Assembly: GCA_022865705.1 (NCBI GenBank)
Contig: JALHTG010000108.1
Coordinates: 627-64,626 of the forward strand
DNA length: 64,000 nt
Source: Candidatus Bathyarchaeota archaeon
GTDB lineage: Archaea; Thermoproteota; Bathyarchaeia; 40CM-2-53-6; JALHTG01
Direction of reading: 5' to 3'
Of the stretch, positions 55,257 through 64,000 are shown piece by piece. The notes below the pieces were generated by a model. The model was not told where the DNA came from. It ran no database searches and worked only from the letters and a program-made list of their open reading frames with translations. The position numbers and the translations under genes are program-made. Positions within the stretch are counted from its first letter, which is position 1. Each line of letters opens with the position of its first letter.

Positions 55257-56420
55257 TTGCGTGAAACTTGCACTTGCGTAAACAGATTGAAGGTGTTGTT
55301 GTTGGAGGGTAAGAGGATACGGCTGATAGAGCCTGTGGTTGGTGCAGAAGAAGAGAAACTGATTGGTGAAGTGTTGAGATCAGGGTGGCTTACTGAAGGG
55401 CCGATGGCTAGGAGGTTCGAGGATCTTTTCAAGGCGTTCGTGGGAGCGAAGCACGCCATAACTGCAAGCTCATGCACAACCGCAATGGAGATGGGGTTGA
55501 GAGCCATGGGGATAGGTCCTGGCGACGAAGTCTTAGTGCCTGACTTTACTCACCCGGCTACGGCTGACGCTGTGATCGCTTTTGGAGCGCATCCTGTTCT
55601 TGTTGACGTTAGTCTCTCATCATACAATCTCGACTTCAATGAGGCTGAGAAGGCTGTAACTGACAAGACACGAGCCGCCATCCCGGTCTCTTGGGGAGGC
55701 TACCCTCTGAATGACAAAGAGCTGAAGGACTTGAAAGACGAACATGACGTTCTCATGCTGGAGGATGCCGCCTGTAGCCCTGGCGCAGAATACAATGGAG
55801 CTAAGACCGGCGTCATGGCGGACATCACAGCCTTCAGCTTTCACCCCCGGAAGTCAATAACAACCGGGGAAGGCGGAATGATAACAACGGAGAGCGATGA
55901 CTACGCTGAGAAGATCAGAAGCCTCAAGAACTTCGGCGTAGGAAAAGTCGGAACAGAATCACACTTCATCAGATACGGAAGCAACTACAAACTAAGCGAC
56001 ATCTTGGCTGCCATGGGAGTTGCTCAAATGGGCAAACTTGCTAGAATCGTCGAAAGACGAATCGAGCTCGCAGAGAACTACAACAAGCTCCTTTCAGAGG
56101 TGAAAGGGATTAAGCCTCCAGAAAAGGAGAAGGGCATCAAACACATCTACCAAACGTACGCTGCATACATCGAGGTTGAGGGCGCTAGGAACAAGCTCAT
56201 AGCGGATCTCAAGAAGATAGGCATAGAAACACAAATAGGAACATACGCTCTGCACCTAGAACCATATTTCGCAAACCTGAAGAAACAGGGAGACCTGCAT
56301 AGATCAAAACTGCTCTACGAGAACCTGCTCGCATTACCCATGTGCCACACTATGACGAAATCCGATCAGGAGCACGTCGTGTCCCAGATCGAGAAGCATC
56401 TCAAGAATTATCAAGGGTGA
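55257..56420 (+). CDS. DegT/DnrJ/EryC1/StrS-family PLP-dependent sugar aminotransferase
   Basis: GWLTEGPMARRFE, FSFHPRKSITTGEGG (PLP Lys region). The start codon is uncertain and may be a few codons downstream. Confidence 0.85.
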   Translation: MRETCTCVNRLKVLLLEGKRIRLIEPVVGAEEEKLIGEVLRSGWLTEGPMARRFEDLFKAFVGAKHAITASSCTTAMEMGLRAMGIGPGDEVLVPDFTHPATADAVIAFGAHPVLVDVSLSSYNLDFNEAEKAVTDKTRAAIPVSWGGYPLNDKELKDLKDEHDVLMLEDAACSPGAEYNGAKTGVMADITAFSFHPRKSITTGEGGMITTESDDYAEKIRSLKNFGVGKVGTESHFIRYGSNYKLSDILAAMGVAQMGKLARIVERRIELAENYNKLLSEVKGIKPPEKEKGIKHIYQTYAAYIEVEGARNKLIADLKKIGIETQIGTYALHLEPYFANLKKQGDLHRSKLLYENLLALPMCHTMTKSDQEHVVSQIEKHLKNYQG

Positions 56421-57328
56421 AGCTCCTGACGATCGTTGTCTTTGGAGCTGCAGGGTTCGTAGGAAGGAACGTAGTGGAGAAGCTCGTCAAGGAAGGAGAA
56501 AGAGTAGTCGCTTCGGACATAGCTGAAGACCCATTCAAAGGCAAAATCACTTATCAGAAAGCGGACGTGTTGGATAGAGAGAGAATATTCGATGTTGTGA
56601 AAGGCGGCGATGTTGTCGTAGATCTTGCTGCCTCCCCACTCGTCTCGTCTCTGGAGGACGCTGTGGGGAACATGAAGGTGAACATCGAGGGGACCCTGAA
56701 CATACTCGACGCCGCTAGAAAGTGGAAAGTGAACAAGGTCATCTACTCCTCAGCTTCCTCGGTCGTGGGAAATGTGAAATACAATCCGGTTGATGAGGAG
56801 CATCCCTGTTACCCTAAGACGGCATACGCCGTGGCGAAGAAGGCTTGTGAGGATTACATCAGGGTTTACAACGAAACCTTCGGTCTGAATTATCTGATCT
56901 TCAGATTCTTCAACATATATGGCCCTTGGCAGAGCACCAAGAGTGGAGCATTGATTCCGAACTTCTATCAAAGACTTAGGCAGAATCAGGAGTTCCAAGT
57001 GTTTGGAGACGGATCCAACACACGAGATTTCACATATGTAGGAGACGTGGCAGACTTCTACTACTCAGCCATCAAACAAGATGTGAAGAACCTAGTCGTC
57101 AACATGGGAACTGGGCAAGGGGCCTCGATAATCGAACTGATAAAGTTGGCATCCAAGACACTTGGGGTGGAGCCTAGAATCGCATACAAGCCAAGCAGAC
57201 CCGGAGAGATAGGCAACTTCGAAGCTGATACGAGAAGACTTGTGAAACTGTTCGGCAAGAAGCCATCTACGTCTCTTGAAGACGGTTTGAAGAGAACCTT
57301 CTCATGGTTAGAAGCTAACGCTTCATAG
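56417..57328 (+). CDS. NAD-dependent nucleotide-sugar epimerase/dehydratase (SDR)
   Basis: VVFGAAGFVGRNVV, YAVAKKACE (YxxxK). GTG start overlaps the aminotransferase stop (GTGA). Confidence 0.85.
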   Translation: MKLLTIVVFGAAGFVGRNVVEKLVKEGERVVASDIAEDPFKGKITYQKADVLDRERIFDVVKGGDVVVDLAASPLVSSLEDAVGNMKVNIEGTLNILDAARKWKVNKVIYSSASSVVGNVKYNPVDEEHPCYPKTAYAVAKKACEDYIRVYNETFGLNYLIFRFFNIYGPWQSTKSGALIPNFYQRLRQNQEFQVFGDGSNTRDFTYVGDVADFYYSAIKQDVKNLVVNMGTGQGASIIELIKLASKTLGVEPRIAYKPSRPGEIGNFEADTRRLVKLFGKKPSTSLEDGLKRTFSWLEANAS

Positions 57329-57333
57329 ACGCC

Positions 57334-59244
57334 TCAAAGCGAGTTTACATTGAGTTTCGGTTCAGGCGATTGATCTAGCATGTACATTCTGTACCATAGT
57401 TCAAAGGCCAACAGATCCCAAACAACTATGTAGTGCTTGATCAGGTCCATTGATGTCTTATGTCTTAGCACGTTCTCTATGTACTCCTTCTTGACGAACC
57501 CTTCTCTCACCACGTGTCCTTCTGGTAGGATCTGCTTGGCGTATTCGCCTATCTCTTGAGAAAACTGTATTCCTACTGTGCCTCCAAACCCTCGCTTCTC
57601 TTTTTTCAGCACCTTGTCGGGTAGAATGCCTTTCATGGCTTTCTTGAATATGTATTTTCCATCTCTTTCTCTGTACTTGAAACTGCTTGGTATTGAAAAG
57701 GCGAGATCTACCATCTCGTTATCCAACATGGGGACCCTGGCCTCTATTGAGTTGGCCATTGACATGGTGTCTTCCACGTGGAGAAAATCGTCAGGCATTT
57801 TGACGCTGAAATCTGCCAGCATTATCTGATCCATAAAGGCATAGTCATTTTGGAAATACTTGGAGAATATTTCGCTTACTTCCGGTAGCTTTCTGCTCAG
57901 CAGCTTTCTAGAGTATATTTTCTTCAAGCATTCTTTGTGGAATATTTCGTCTAGGCTCATGACTAGCAAATATAGATTGAGATTGTCGTTGAAGTGAGCG
58001 ACCCTCTTGAGCTGGTGTACGTGTTCAATGTCAAAAATGGATCCGTGACGACATGTGTACCGTATCAGATCATTGACTCTTTTGCTCAGAGTCTTCGTGA
58101 GGCTGTTTGGAATGGCCTTTCTTTCTCTCTCCACATCCTCGGCAAATTGATATTTCCATTCATATCCTCCGAAGAGTTCGTCTCCTCCTAGACCACCCAG
58201 TATTACCTTGACGTGTTTGCTGGCTTCTGTCATTATGTAGTACGGGTATAGGTTTCTCTTCGGCATGTCGGCGTACCAGATCATTTTGGGGTATTCTTTC
58301 AGAATGTTTGCCTTCGAGATGAGTGTCGTGTGATCTGCCCCAAATGCTTCGGCTACGTAGCGAGCGTCGCTGATCTCGTCGGAGCCTTCTCCGAAGCCCA
58401 TTGTGAATGCTTTGACGGGTTGCTCAGAAACTTTTGATGCGAAAGCCAGTATCGCGCTACTATCTATTCCACCTGACAGCAGGATTCCCAAAGGTACGTC
58501 GCTTATCAGGTTCCTTTTCACAGCTCTAGTGAAAGTCTGCCTTATCTTCGCAACGAAGTAGTCCTCTGAATACTTCTTGAAAGTTGGGGTCAGATTCCAG
58601 TATCTGCGGATGAGGCTCTTCGCTCCATCGATCTTCATTAAGCATCCAGGGAGTAGACGATACACCTTCTTGAACAGTGTCCTCTCACGGGGCACAAACC
58701 TCAGGTTGAGATAGTAGTGGAAAGCCTCAAGGTCTACAGCTCTTTGAACACTTTCACATTGCAGAATGCTCTTGATCTCTGACGCAAAGAGGAAACGACC
58801 CTTTCCCGGCTGCGTGTAGTACAGCGGTTTGATTCCGCATCTGTCCCTTGCCAAAAGGAGCGTCTTCTCGTTGAGATCCCAGAGAGCAAAGGCGAACATC
58901 CCATTGAAATTCAGACAACAGTCATCACCCCACTCCTCATATGAGTGAACTATGACCTCAGTGTCAGAATTTGTGTAAAACCTATGACCCAACTTCTCCA
59001 GTGCACGCCTCAGCTCCAGGAAATTGTAGATTTCTCCGTTTTGCACAACGACCATAGACTTGTCTTCATTGTATATCGGCTGTCGTCCACCCTTGAGATC
59101 GATAATGCTTAATCGCGCACATCCAAGAGCTATGTGATCGTCTTCGAAGTATCCTTCTTCATCAGGGCCTCTATGCCTTAGCGCATTACACATCTTTCTG
59201 GCAAGGCGATGATCATCAAAGTTGAACCCGAATATTCCACACAT
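57334..59244 (-). CDS. Asparagine synthase (glutamine-hydrolysing)-family amidotransferase
   Basis: MCGIFGF Ntn-Cys start at 59244. LLSGGIDSS PP-loop. Confidence 0.85.
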   Translation of the reverse strand: MCGIFGFNFDDHRLARKMCNALRHRGPDEEGYFEDDHIALGCARLSIIDLKGGRQPIYNEDKSMVVVQNGEIYNFLELRRALEKLGHRFYTNSDTEVIVHSYEEWGDDCCLNFNGMFAFALWDLNEKTLLLARDRCGIKPLYYTQPGKGRFLFASEIKSILQCESVQRAVDLEAFHYYLNLRFVPRERTLFKKVYRLLPGCLMKIDGAKSLIRRYWNLTPTFKKYSEDYFVAKIRQTFTRAVKRNLISDVPLGILLSGGIDSSAILAFASKVSEQPVKAFTMGFGEGSDEISDARYVAEAFGADHTTLISKANILKEYPKMIWYADMPKRNLYPYYIMTEASKHVKVILGGLGGDELFGGYEWKYQFAEDVERERKAIPNSLTKTLSKRVNDLIRYTCRHGSIFDIEHVHQLKRVAHFNDNLNLYLLVMSLDEIFHKECLKKIYSRKLLSRKLPEVSEIFSKYFQNDYAFMDQIMLADFSVKMPDDFLHVEDTMSMANSIEARVPMLDNEMVDLAFSIPSSFKYRERDGKYIFKKAMKGILPDKVLKKEKRGFGGTVGIQFSQEIGEYAKQILPEGHVVREGFVKKEYIENVLRHKTSMDLIKHYIVVWDLLAFELWYRMYMLDQSPEPKLNVNSL

Positions 59245-59482
59245 CCGGCGAACCCCGCGACACACAGTGATTGCCAAGAGGAAATATAAGCTTGGAAGCC
59301 AGTCCATTCCACGAAGACAGTCGAGAACGTCAAGAAACTCCCACCAATATCAATCTACTCTTCGTGGGTTCTGTTAACACGTCGGCTCATCGAGTAGGCT
59401 GCTAACTGACGGCGCATAGCGAGGGCCGGTGAGAGCCTCTGACATAGTAGGCCTTAAAGTAGCTCATGTCTCTTGTGTTCAT

Positions 59483-59821
59483 ATGATTTCTAGGCCTTCC
59501 CCTGCGGTGCACCTATCCGAGAAACTTGAAGATTTCTTAAAGGAAATCAATCCTAATCATAAGTTCAACAAATGGATTGCAGATATGAAGTCTGTCTTAG
59601 AGGAAAATATGTTTGCAGGGAATTGCATAAGAAAGAAGCAGATCCCGAAGCACTACATTAGACGCTACGGAGTAAATAACCTATATCGTTATGATCATCC
59701 AGAGGGTTTTCGATCTTGCTATACACTTGTAGAGTACGGCGGGCTAGGTGTATGCCCGTTGATATTGGATCTCAAAACTCATGATGTGTACGACAGAATC
59801 TTCGGATATAGAACTACTTGA
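59483..59821 (+). CDS. Small protein, possibly a RelE/ParE-superfamily toxin-like fold
   Basis: C-terminal NLYRYDHPEGFRSCYTLVE...ILDLKTHDVYDRIFGY resembles the RelE/ParE pattern only loosely. Confidence 0.3.
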   Translation: MISRPSPAVHLSEKLEDFLKEINPNHKFNKWIADMKSVLEENMFAGNCIRKKQIPKHYIRRYGVNNLYRYDHPEGFRSCYTLVEYGGLGVCPLILDLKTHDVYDRIFGYRTT

Positions 59822-60132
59822 GGAATCATACAAACTTATATAATAGTTATTCCTGTATGAGTGGCTGGTCTAGGATGACAGTGATCCATGAACCTCGGCT
59901 GGATACGATTCTGATGGTAGAGCAGACTATCTTGAAATCAGAAGACTATCCAACGAGAACATCGCTTTGGAAAAGTCTTCCTCGAAAGATTCAGTATCAA
60001 ACCTTCAAGCACATACTTGACTACCTAGAGGCTTCAGGAAAGATCGTGTTCAATGATACGAAGATCGTTTATACTGGAGTAAACAATCCCAAACTGCAAG
60101 CGTTAATCAAATCTAGCGTTCGCGTCAGATGA
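59818..60132 (+). CDS. Small conserved-looking hypothetical protein (possible winged helix)
   Basis: Overlaps the upstream ORF by 4 nt. The likely true start is the internal MTVIHEP. No motif recognised. Confidence 0.3.
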   Translation: MRNHTNLYNSYSCMSGWSRMTVIHEPRLDTILMVEQTILKSEDYPTRTSLWKSLPRKIQYQTFKHILDYLEASGKIVFNDTKIVYTGVNNPKLQALIKSSVRVR

Positions 60133-60289
60133 TCCAGTCCCTCATCCAAGACTTGCGTTCTGTATTAGTGTTATCCATTCGTTATGCGCCATTGGCTAAC
60201 ATTCTCGACTATGCGCCGTTAAGTTAACAGAGCCTCTTCGTGTGACAACAGTTCTCGAGTGCTCAGCTGAGACATAAAGAGAAGCATTA

Positions 60290-60297
60290 TCGCGCGC
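60290..60297. repeat. Alternating CG run, 8 nt
   Basis: Intergenic, between the 59818-60132 ORF and the DedA-like gene. Confidence 0.9.
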
Positions 60298-60436
60298 GAC
60301 TAAGGCGCTCCCATGATTGCACAACTAGGCTGCAACCGGGAGAACGCTTCCAACGCAGAGCTTAACAACCAGAACATAGCTTCTTCTAGGCTCAGGTACA
60401 AAGCAACGCAAATGAAACTGGCGCCTACTGGGGGTC

Positions 60437-61039
60437 ATGTCTGACTTGATGGGTATCTTCAGTTTGGGGATCTTCGGCATCTTCGTATCCTCCTTTCTGC
60501 TGTACCTTGTTCCGTTCGTAGGGCCCTCAACCATGATCTATTCAGGCGCCATCGCAGCCATTTGCCCAGATTATTCGCCTCTATTGATTGGGGTACTTGT
60601 CTCTGCAGGAGCGTCTGTCGGGAAAGGAGTTCACTACTACGTAACCTACTTCGCACGGAGAGCTCTAGGTGAAAACAACAGACACCGATTGGAAGATTAC
60701 TGCAAGAAATGGGGACGTTGGAAATCCGTTGCGATATTCATCGCCTCTGCAACACCCGTACCTGACGAGCCAGTGTTGATATCGATCGCACTCGTAAACT
60801 ACAGCCCTCTGAGGTTTCTTCTAGTATTCTTCATTGGAAAACTGGTTGTGACTATTCCTGGAGCATATGTTGGAAGATCCGCCAGTCACGTTCTGCTCCA
60901 TGTAGTGGGTGAAGTACCAGTGGCCATTGCATCAATCATTTTCACAATCATCGTCACAGTTTTTCTGATAAAGGTCGATCCTCACAAGCTGTGGAAGAGG
61001 TTGACGAGAAAGGAAGGAAATGCAGCAGACTCCAAGTGA
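60437..61039 (+). CDS. DedA/VTT-like integral membrane protein
   Basis: 200 aa with 4-5 TM segments. VPFVGPSTMIYSGAIAA re-entrant-loop-like segment. Confidence 0.45.
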   Translation: MSDLMGIFSLGIFGIFVSSFLLYLVPFVGPSTMIYSGAIAAICPDYSPLLIGVLVSAGASVGKGVHYYVTYFARRALGENNRHRLEDYCKKWGRWKSVAIFIASATPVPDEPVLISIALVNYSPLRFLLVFFIGKLVVTIPGAYVGRSASHVLLHVVGEVPVAIASIIFTIIVTVFLIKVDPHKLWKRLTRKEGNAADSK

Positions 61040-61190
61040 GTCTTATCAATGCTCGAACTGTGCTCTGTGGAACTCTCGACTTGGATGATTGAAATCTGAA
61101 GGAGCTTGTCCGAACCTGACCTAAGAAAAGATACCCAGTCAATGTTTCATTCTCAGCCGCGCACAAGTAATCCCTAAATCGCCAAGTAGT

Positions 61191-62642
61191 TCACATGAAC
61201 TCTTCGCGTCTAATTGGTACTCTCGGACGCTCTTGCGTCAGAACTGCTGCCAGTGCGGCGGCGACCGCTGCCTCTTCCTCTTCGGTCCTTTTTCTTCCTT
61301 CTTTCTTGGTTTTCAGAAACTTGAGTGCTGTTTGAGGGAACATTGTGTAAGTCAACACATCTTCTTCAGAAGTTGCGAGATCTCCCACTTCTTTGGTCAT
61401 CTTCTCGAATTCCGGTTTCAATAGGTCGGCGGGCCTACATGTGATCGGTTCCTCGTCTCCTATGATCTTTGACTTGATGTCTTTCCTTATGGGTGAGGGA
61501 TGTGTGCCGTACAGGCCCTTCACGTAATCCTTTGTCTCCTTCGAGACAATCTTGTATCTTTGCCCCGAAATCACGTTCATCACTGCTTGGGTTCCAACGA
61601 TCTGACTCATTGGGGTGACCATCGGAGGATAGCCGAGGTCTTCTCGCACCCGAGGAACTTCTTGCAAAACTTCCTCCAATCTCTGCAGCGAATTCATCCC
61701 CTTCAATTGTTCGATCAAGTTCGAGACCATTCCTCCCGGAATCTGGTGAAGCAGAACATGAACATCGACTCTCTCTGACCGGGGATCTATGAGATTCAGA
61801 GGGTCAAAGTACTTCTCTCGAAGTTCAGCAAAATACTCTGAAATCTCGACGATGAGGCCGAGGTCGAGCCCTGTATCAAACCTCGTGCCTGCCAAAGCGC
61901 TGACGAGGCTCTCCACAGCTGGCTGTGATGCACCACCGGCAAAAGGTGAAAAAGCCGTGTCCAATATGTCGACACCTGCTTCACAGATCCAGACATAGGT
62001 AATCGCAGCCATTCCGCTGCTGCAATGAGAATGGACTTCGACAGGCAACCCTATTTCACTCTTGAGTGCCTTGACCAAATCGTAGCCCACCTTCGGCGAC
62101 AAGATTCCTGACATGTCTTTGATGCAGATAGAGTCACAATCCATGGCCGCCAGTTGCTTGGCTAACTCCAGATACTTCTCCAATGTATGCACTGGGCTGA
62201 CTGTATAGCAGATTGTACCTTGAGCATGTGCTCTAATGTGCTTGACAGACCTCACCGCGGTCTCCAAGTTACGCGCGTCGTTGAGGGCATCAAATATTCT
62301 GAAGACATCGATTCCTGCAAAAGCAGCTTTCTCAACGAATTTTTCCACAATATCATCGGGATAGTTTCTGTATCCGACGAGATTCTGTCCTCTTAGGAGC
62401 ATTTGCAGCGGGGTTCTCTTGAATTCCCGCTTCAACTTCCTTATTCGGTCCCAAGGATCCTCGTTGAGATATCTAATGGCTACGTCGAAGGTGGCTCCCC
62501 CCCACACTTCGACTGAGTGAAATCCGACGAGATCGATTTTCGCTGCTATCGGCAGCATAGAATCTGTCCTCATCCTTGTCGCCATCAAGGATTGATGTGC
62601 ATCTCTGAGGGTTGTGTCAGTGATTGCTATTCCTCTAACCAA
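61191..62642 (-). CDS. Oxaloacetate decarboxylase alpha / pyruvate carboxylase B-type carboxyltransferase subunit, without a biotinyl domain
   Basis: ITDTTLRDAHQSL, HSHCSSGMA (metal site). 483 aa, ends without an AMKM motif. Confidence 0.85.
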   Translation of the reverse strand: MVRGIAITDTTLRDAHQSLMATRMRTDSMLPIAAKIDLVGFHSVEVWGGATFDVAIRYLNEDPWDRIRKLKREFKRTPLQMLLRGQNLVGYRNYPDDIVEKFVEKAAFAGIDVFRIFDALNDARNLETAVRSVKHIRAHAQGTICYTVSPVHTLEKYLELAKQLAAMDCDSICIKDMSGILSPKVGYDLVKALKSEIGLPVEVHSHCSSGMAAITYVWICEAGVDILDTAFSPFAGGASQPAVESLVSALAGTRFDTGLDLGLIVEISEYFAELREKYFDPLNLIDPRSERVDVHVLLHQIPGGMVSNLIEQLKGMNSLQRLEEVLQEVPRVREDLGYPPMVTPMSQIVGTQAVMNVISGQRYKIVSKETKDYVKGLYGTHPSPIRKDIKSKIIGDEEPITCRPADLLKPEFEKMTKEVGDLATSEEDVLTYTMFPQTALKFLKTKKEGRKRTEEEEAAVAAALAAVLTQERPRVPIRREEFM

Positions 62643-62675
62643 TACTACTCCTCCGATAACACAGTGATTGGATTC

Positions 62676-63779
62676 TCATCGAAGTGAAAGAAGCATTGGA
62701 ACGAACGTTAGGATGGCTCCTCCCGCGATCACTGATACGACTTGTCCTATGCTATTCGCAGCTATGGCATGGACTAGCAGCCAGTTGTCAGGGTCTTCTT
62801 CCCGTGCTATTCGATGAGCAGTTCTCGCGCCCATGGGGAAGGCTGATGATCCACAGGCTCCTATCAAGGGGTTGACCTTTCCTTTTGTCAAGATATATGC
62901 CAGCTTACCAAACATGATTCCACTGGCAAGCCCTGATACGAAAGCAACCAGTCCCAGACCGAACACGAGTAGAGTCTGAAAGTTGAGAAAGCGTTCTGCT
63001 TCCATTGTTCCTCCGATCGCGACTCCCAGCAAAAGAGTCGATATGTTGGTGATTTCATTCTGAGCCGTTTTGGAGAGTCGCTCCACAACCTTGCTCTCTC
63101 TCAGGAAGTTGCCTAGCATAAGCGCTCCTATCAGAGGTATCCCTTGAGGCGCCATCAGGCCAATGACAACTGCTGCTGCAATCGGAAAGATCAATCGAAC
63201 ATTTTGAGAATATGCCTTAGGTGAATATGGCATTCTTGTGAGTCTTTCTCTTTTGCTGGTGAGAATCTTGGAAACCGTTGTCTGCAAGATTGGAACTGTT
63301 GCGATGTAGGTATAGGCAGCAACAGTGATCGCCCCCAGCAAATTGGGCGCATACTTGGAGGATACGTAGATCGCTGTTGGGCCGTCCATGGCTCCTATTA
63401 TTCCGATCGATGTTGCCTCCAAAGGCTGGAATCCCAACAAAAGGGAGAGGAGAACGGGAACGAAGATTCCCACGAACGTCGCTGGAATAGAAAAAACAAT
63501 AACCCATGGGCGTTCCAGAAAGGCTCCAAAATCACACATGGCTCCGATTCCCATGAACACAAGAATGGGGAAGAGATCTGTTCCGACCCCGAAATCGTAG
63601 ATTATCCGAAGCAATCCTCCCGGATTCATCAATTCGCTTCCTGGAAGATTGACCAGAAGTGCTCCAAAGCCTATCGGGATCAGAAGCAGTGGCTCATACT
63701 GCTTCTTTACTGCTAGATAGATCAGTGCAAATGCCACAGCTATCATGACAATATTCCCAAGAAGGAAAGGTAGAGCCAT
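62676..63779 (-). CDS. Na+-translocating decarboxylase beta subunit (OadB/GcdB/MmdB family)
   Basis: 367-aa polytopic protein. GAMDGPTAIYVS and GACGSSAFPMGAR segments are typical of the family. Confidence 0.8.
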   Translation of the reverse strand: MALPFLLGNIVMIAVAFALIYLAVKKQYEPLLLIPIGFGALLVNLPGSELMNPGGLLRIIYDFGVGTDLFPILVFMGIGAMCDFGAFLERPWVIVFSIPATFVGIFVPVLLSLLLGFQPLEATSIGIIGAMDGPTAIYVSSKYAPNLLGAITVAAYTYIATVPILQTTVSKILTSKRERLTRMPYSPKAYSQNVRLIFPIAAAVVIGLMAPQGIPLIGALMLGNFLRESKVVERLSKTAQNEITNISTLLLGVAIGGTMEAERFLNFQTLLVFGLGLVAFVSGLASGIMFGKLAYILTKGKVNPLIGACGSSAFPMGARTAHRIAREEDPDNWLLVHAIAANSIGQVVSVIAGGAILTFVPMLLSLR

Positions 63780-63781
63780 AT

Positions 63782-64000
63782 CTAATCACTCAGCTCAACG
63801 AGAACCTGTCCATACTCCACTGTCTGTCCTTCTCTTACCATTATTCGCTTAACGAGCCCTGACACTGAAGCTGTAATCTCGTTCTCCATCTTCATCGCTT
63901 CCAGCGTCAACAAGACACTGCCGATAGAAACCTGGTCACCAAGCTGACGCTTCATGGAGAGTACCACGCCCGGAAGAGGCGCCTTGACTACGCGAATATC
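63782..64000 (-). CDS. Biotin carboxyl-carrier (biotinyl/lipoyl domain) protein, 5' partial at window edge
   Basis: APLPGVV...LEAMKMENEI contains the biotinylation motif. The ORF is open to the window end. Confidence 0.8.
   Translation of the reverse strand, partial: DIRVVKAPLPGVVLSMKRQLGDQVSIGSVLLTLEAMKMENEITASVSGLVKRIMVREGQTVEYGQVLVELSD

Overview
The window looks like an archaeal chromosome segment. Evidence: an archaeal histone, ribosomal protein eS17, a tRNA-Glu with two intron-like insertions, a PEF-CTERM-type giant surface protein, and frequent TTG/GTG starts.

Layout:
- 1-9.7 kb: core metabolism. This holds a histidine-utilisation set (FTCD-like, hutU, hutH), nadA, a lamin-tail-domain membrane protein, an oxidoreductase, a ParB/Srx-like plus MoaD/ThiS-like gene pair, and eS17.
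- 9.9-10.1 kb: histone.
- 10.2-17.4 kb and 22.9-29.9 kb: two accessory islands. They are packed with toxin-antitoxin pairs (VapBC x3, a DUF3368/UPF0175 PIN-like pair, HEPN/NTase x2, MazEF-like, DUF4258/DUF2283), gene fragments, and decayed IS110, TnpB and rve remnants.
- 17.9-21.8 kb: a 1283-aa S-layer-like protein lies between the islands.
- 30-35 kb: three secreted or surface proteins, one with an HExxH metalloprotease motif.
- 35.3-59.3 kb: a large glycan-biosynthesis cluster (glycosyltransferases, sugar dehydrogenase, epimerases, DegT aminotransferase, acetyltransferase, three PP-loop/amidotransferase-type enzymes, methyltransferases, radical SAM/SPASM, ATP-grasp, polytopic membrane proteins).
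- 61.2-64 kb: a split Na+-pump-type oxaloacetate decarboxylase operon.

The most unusual signal is not a gene. The accessory DNA is punctuated by rare GC-only palindromes: GGCCGGCC, often as ACGGCCGGCC(GT), and alternating (CG)n runs of 7-10 nt. These sit where recognisable gene homology starts or stops, bracket individual TA cassettes, and bound a duplicated 510-bp segment. No recombinase, CRISPR array or rRNA was seen. All functional calls come from motif recognition by eye. No database search was run.
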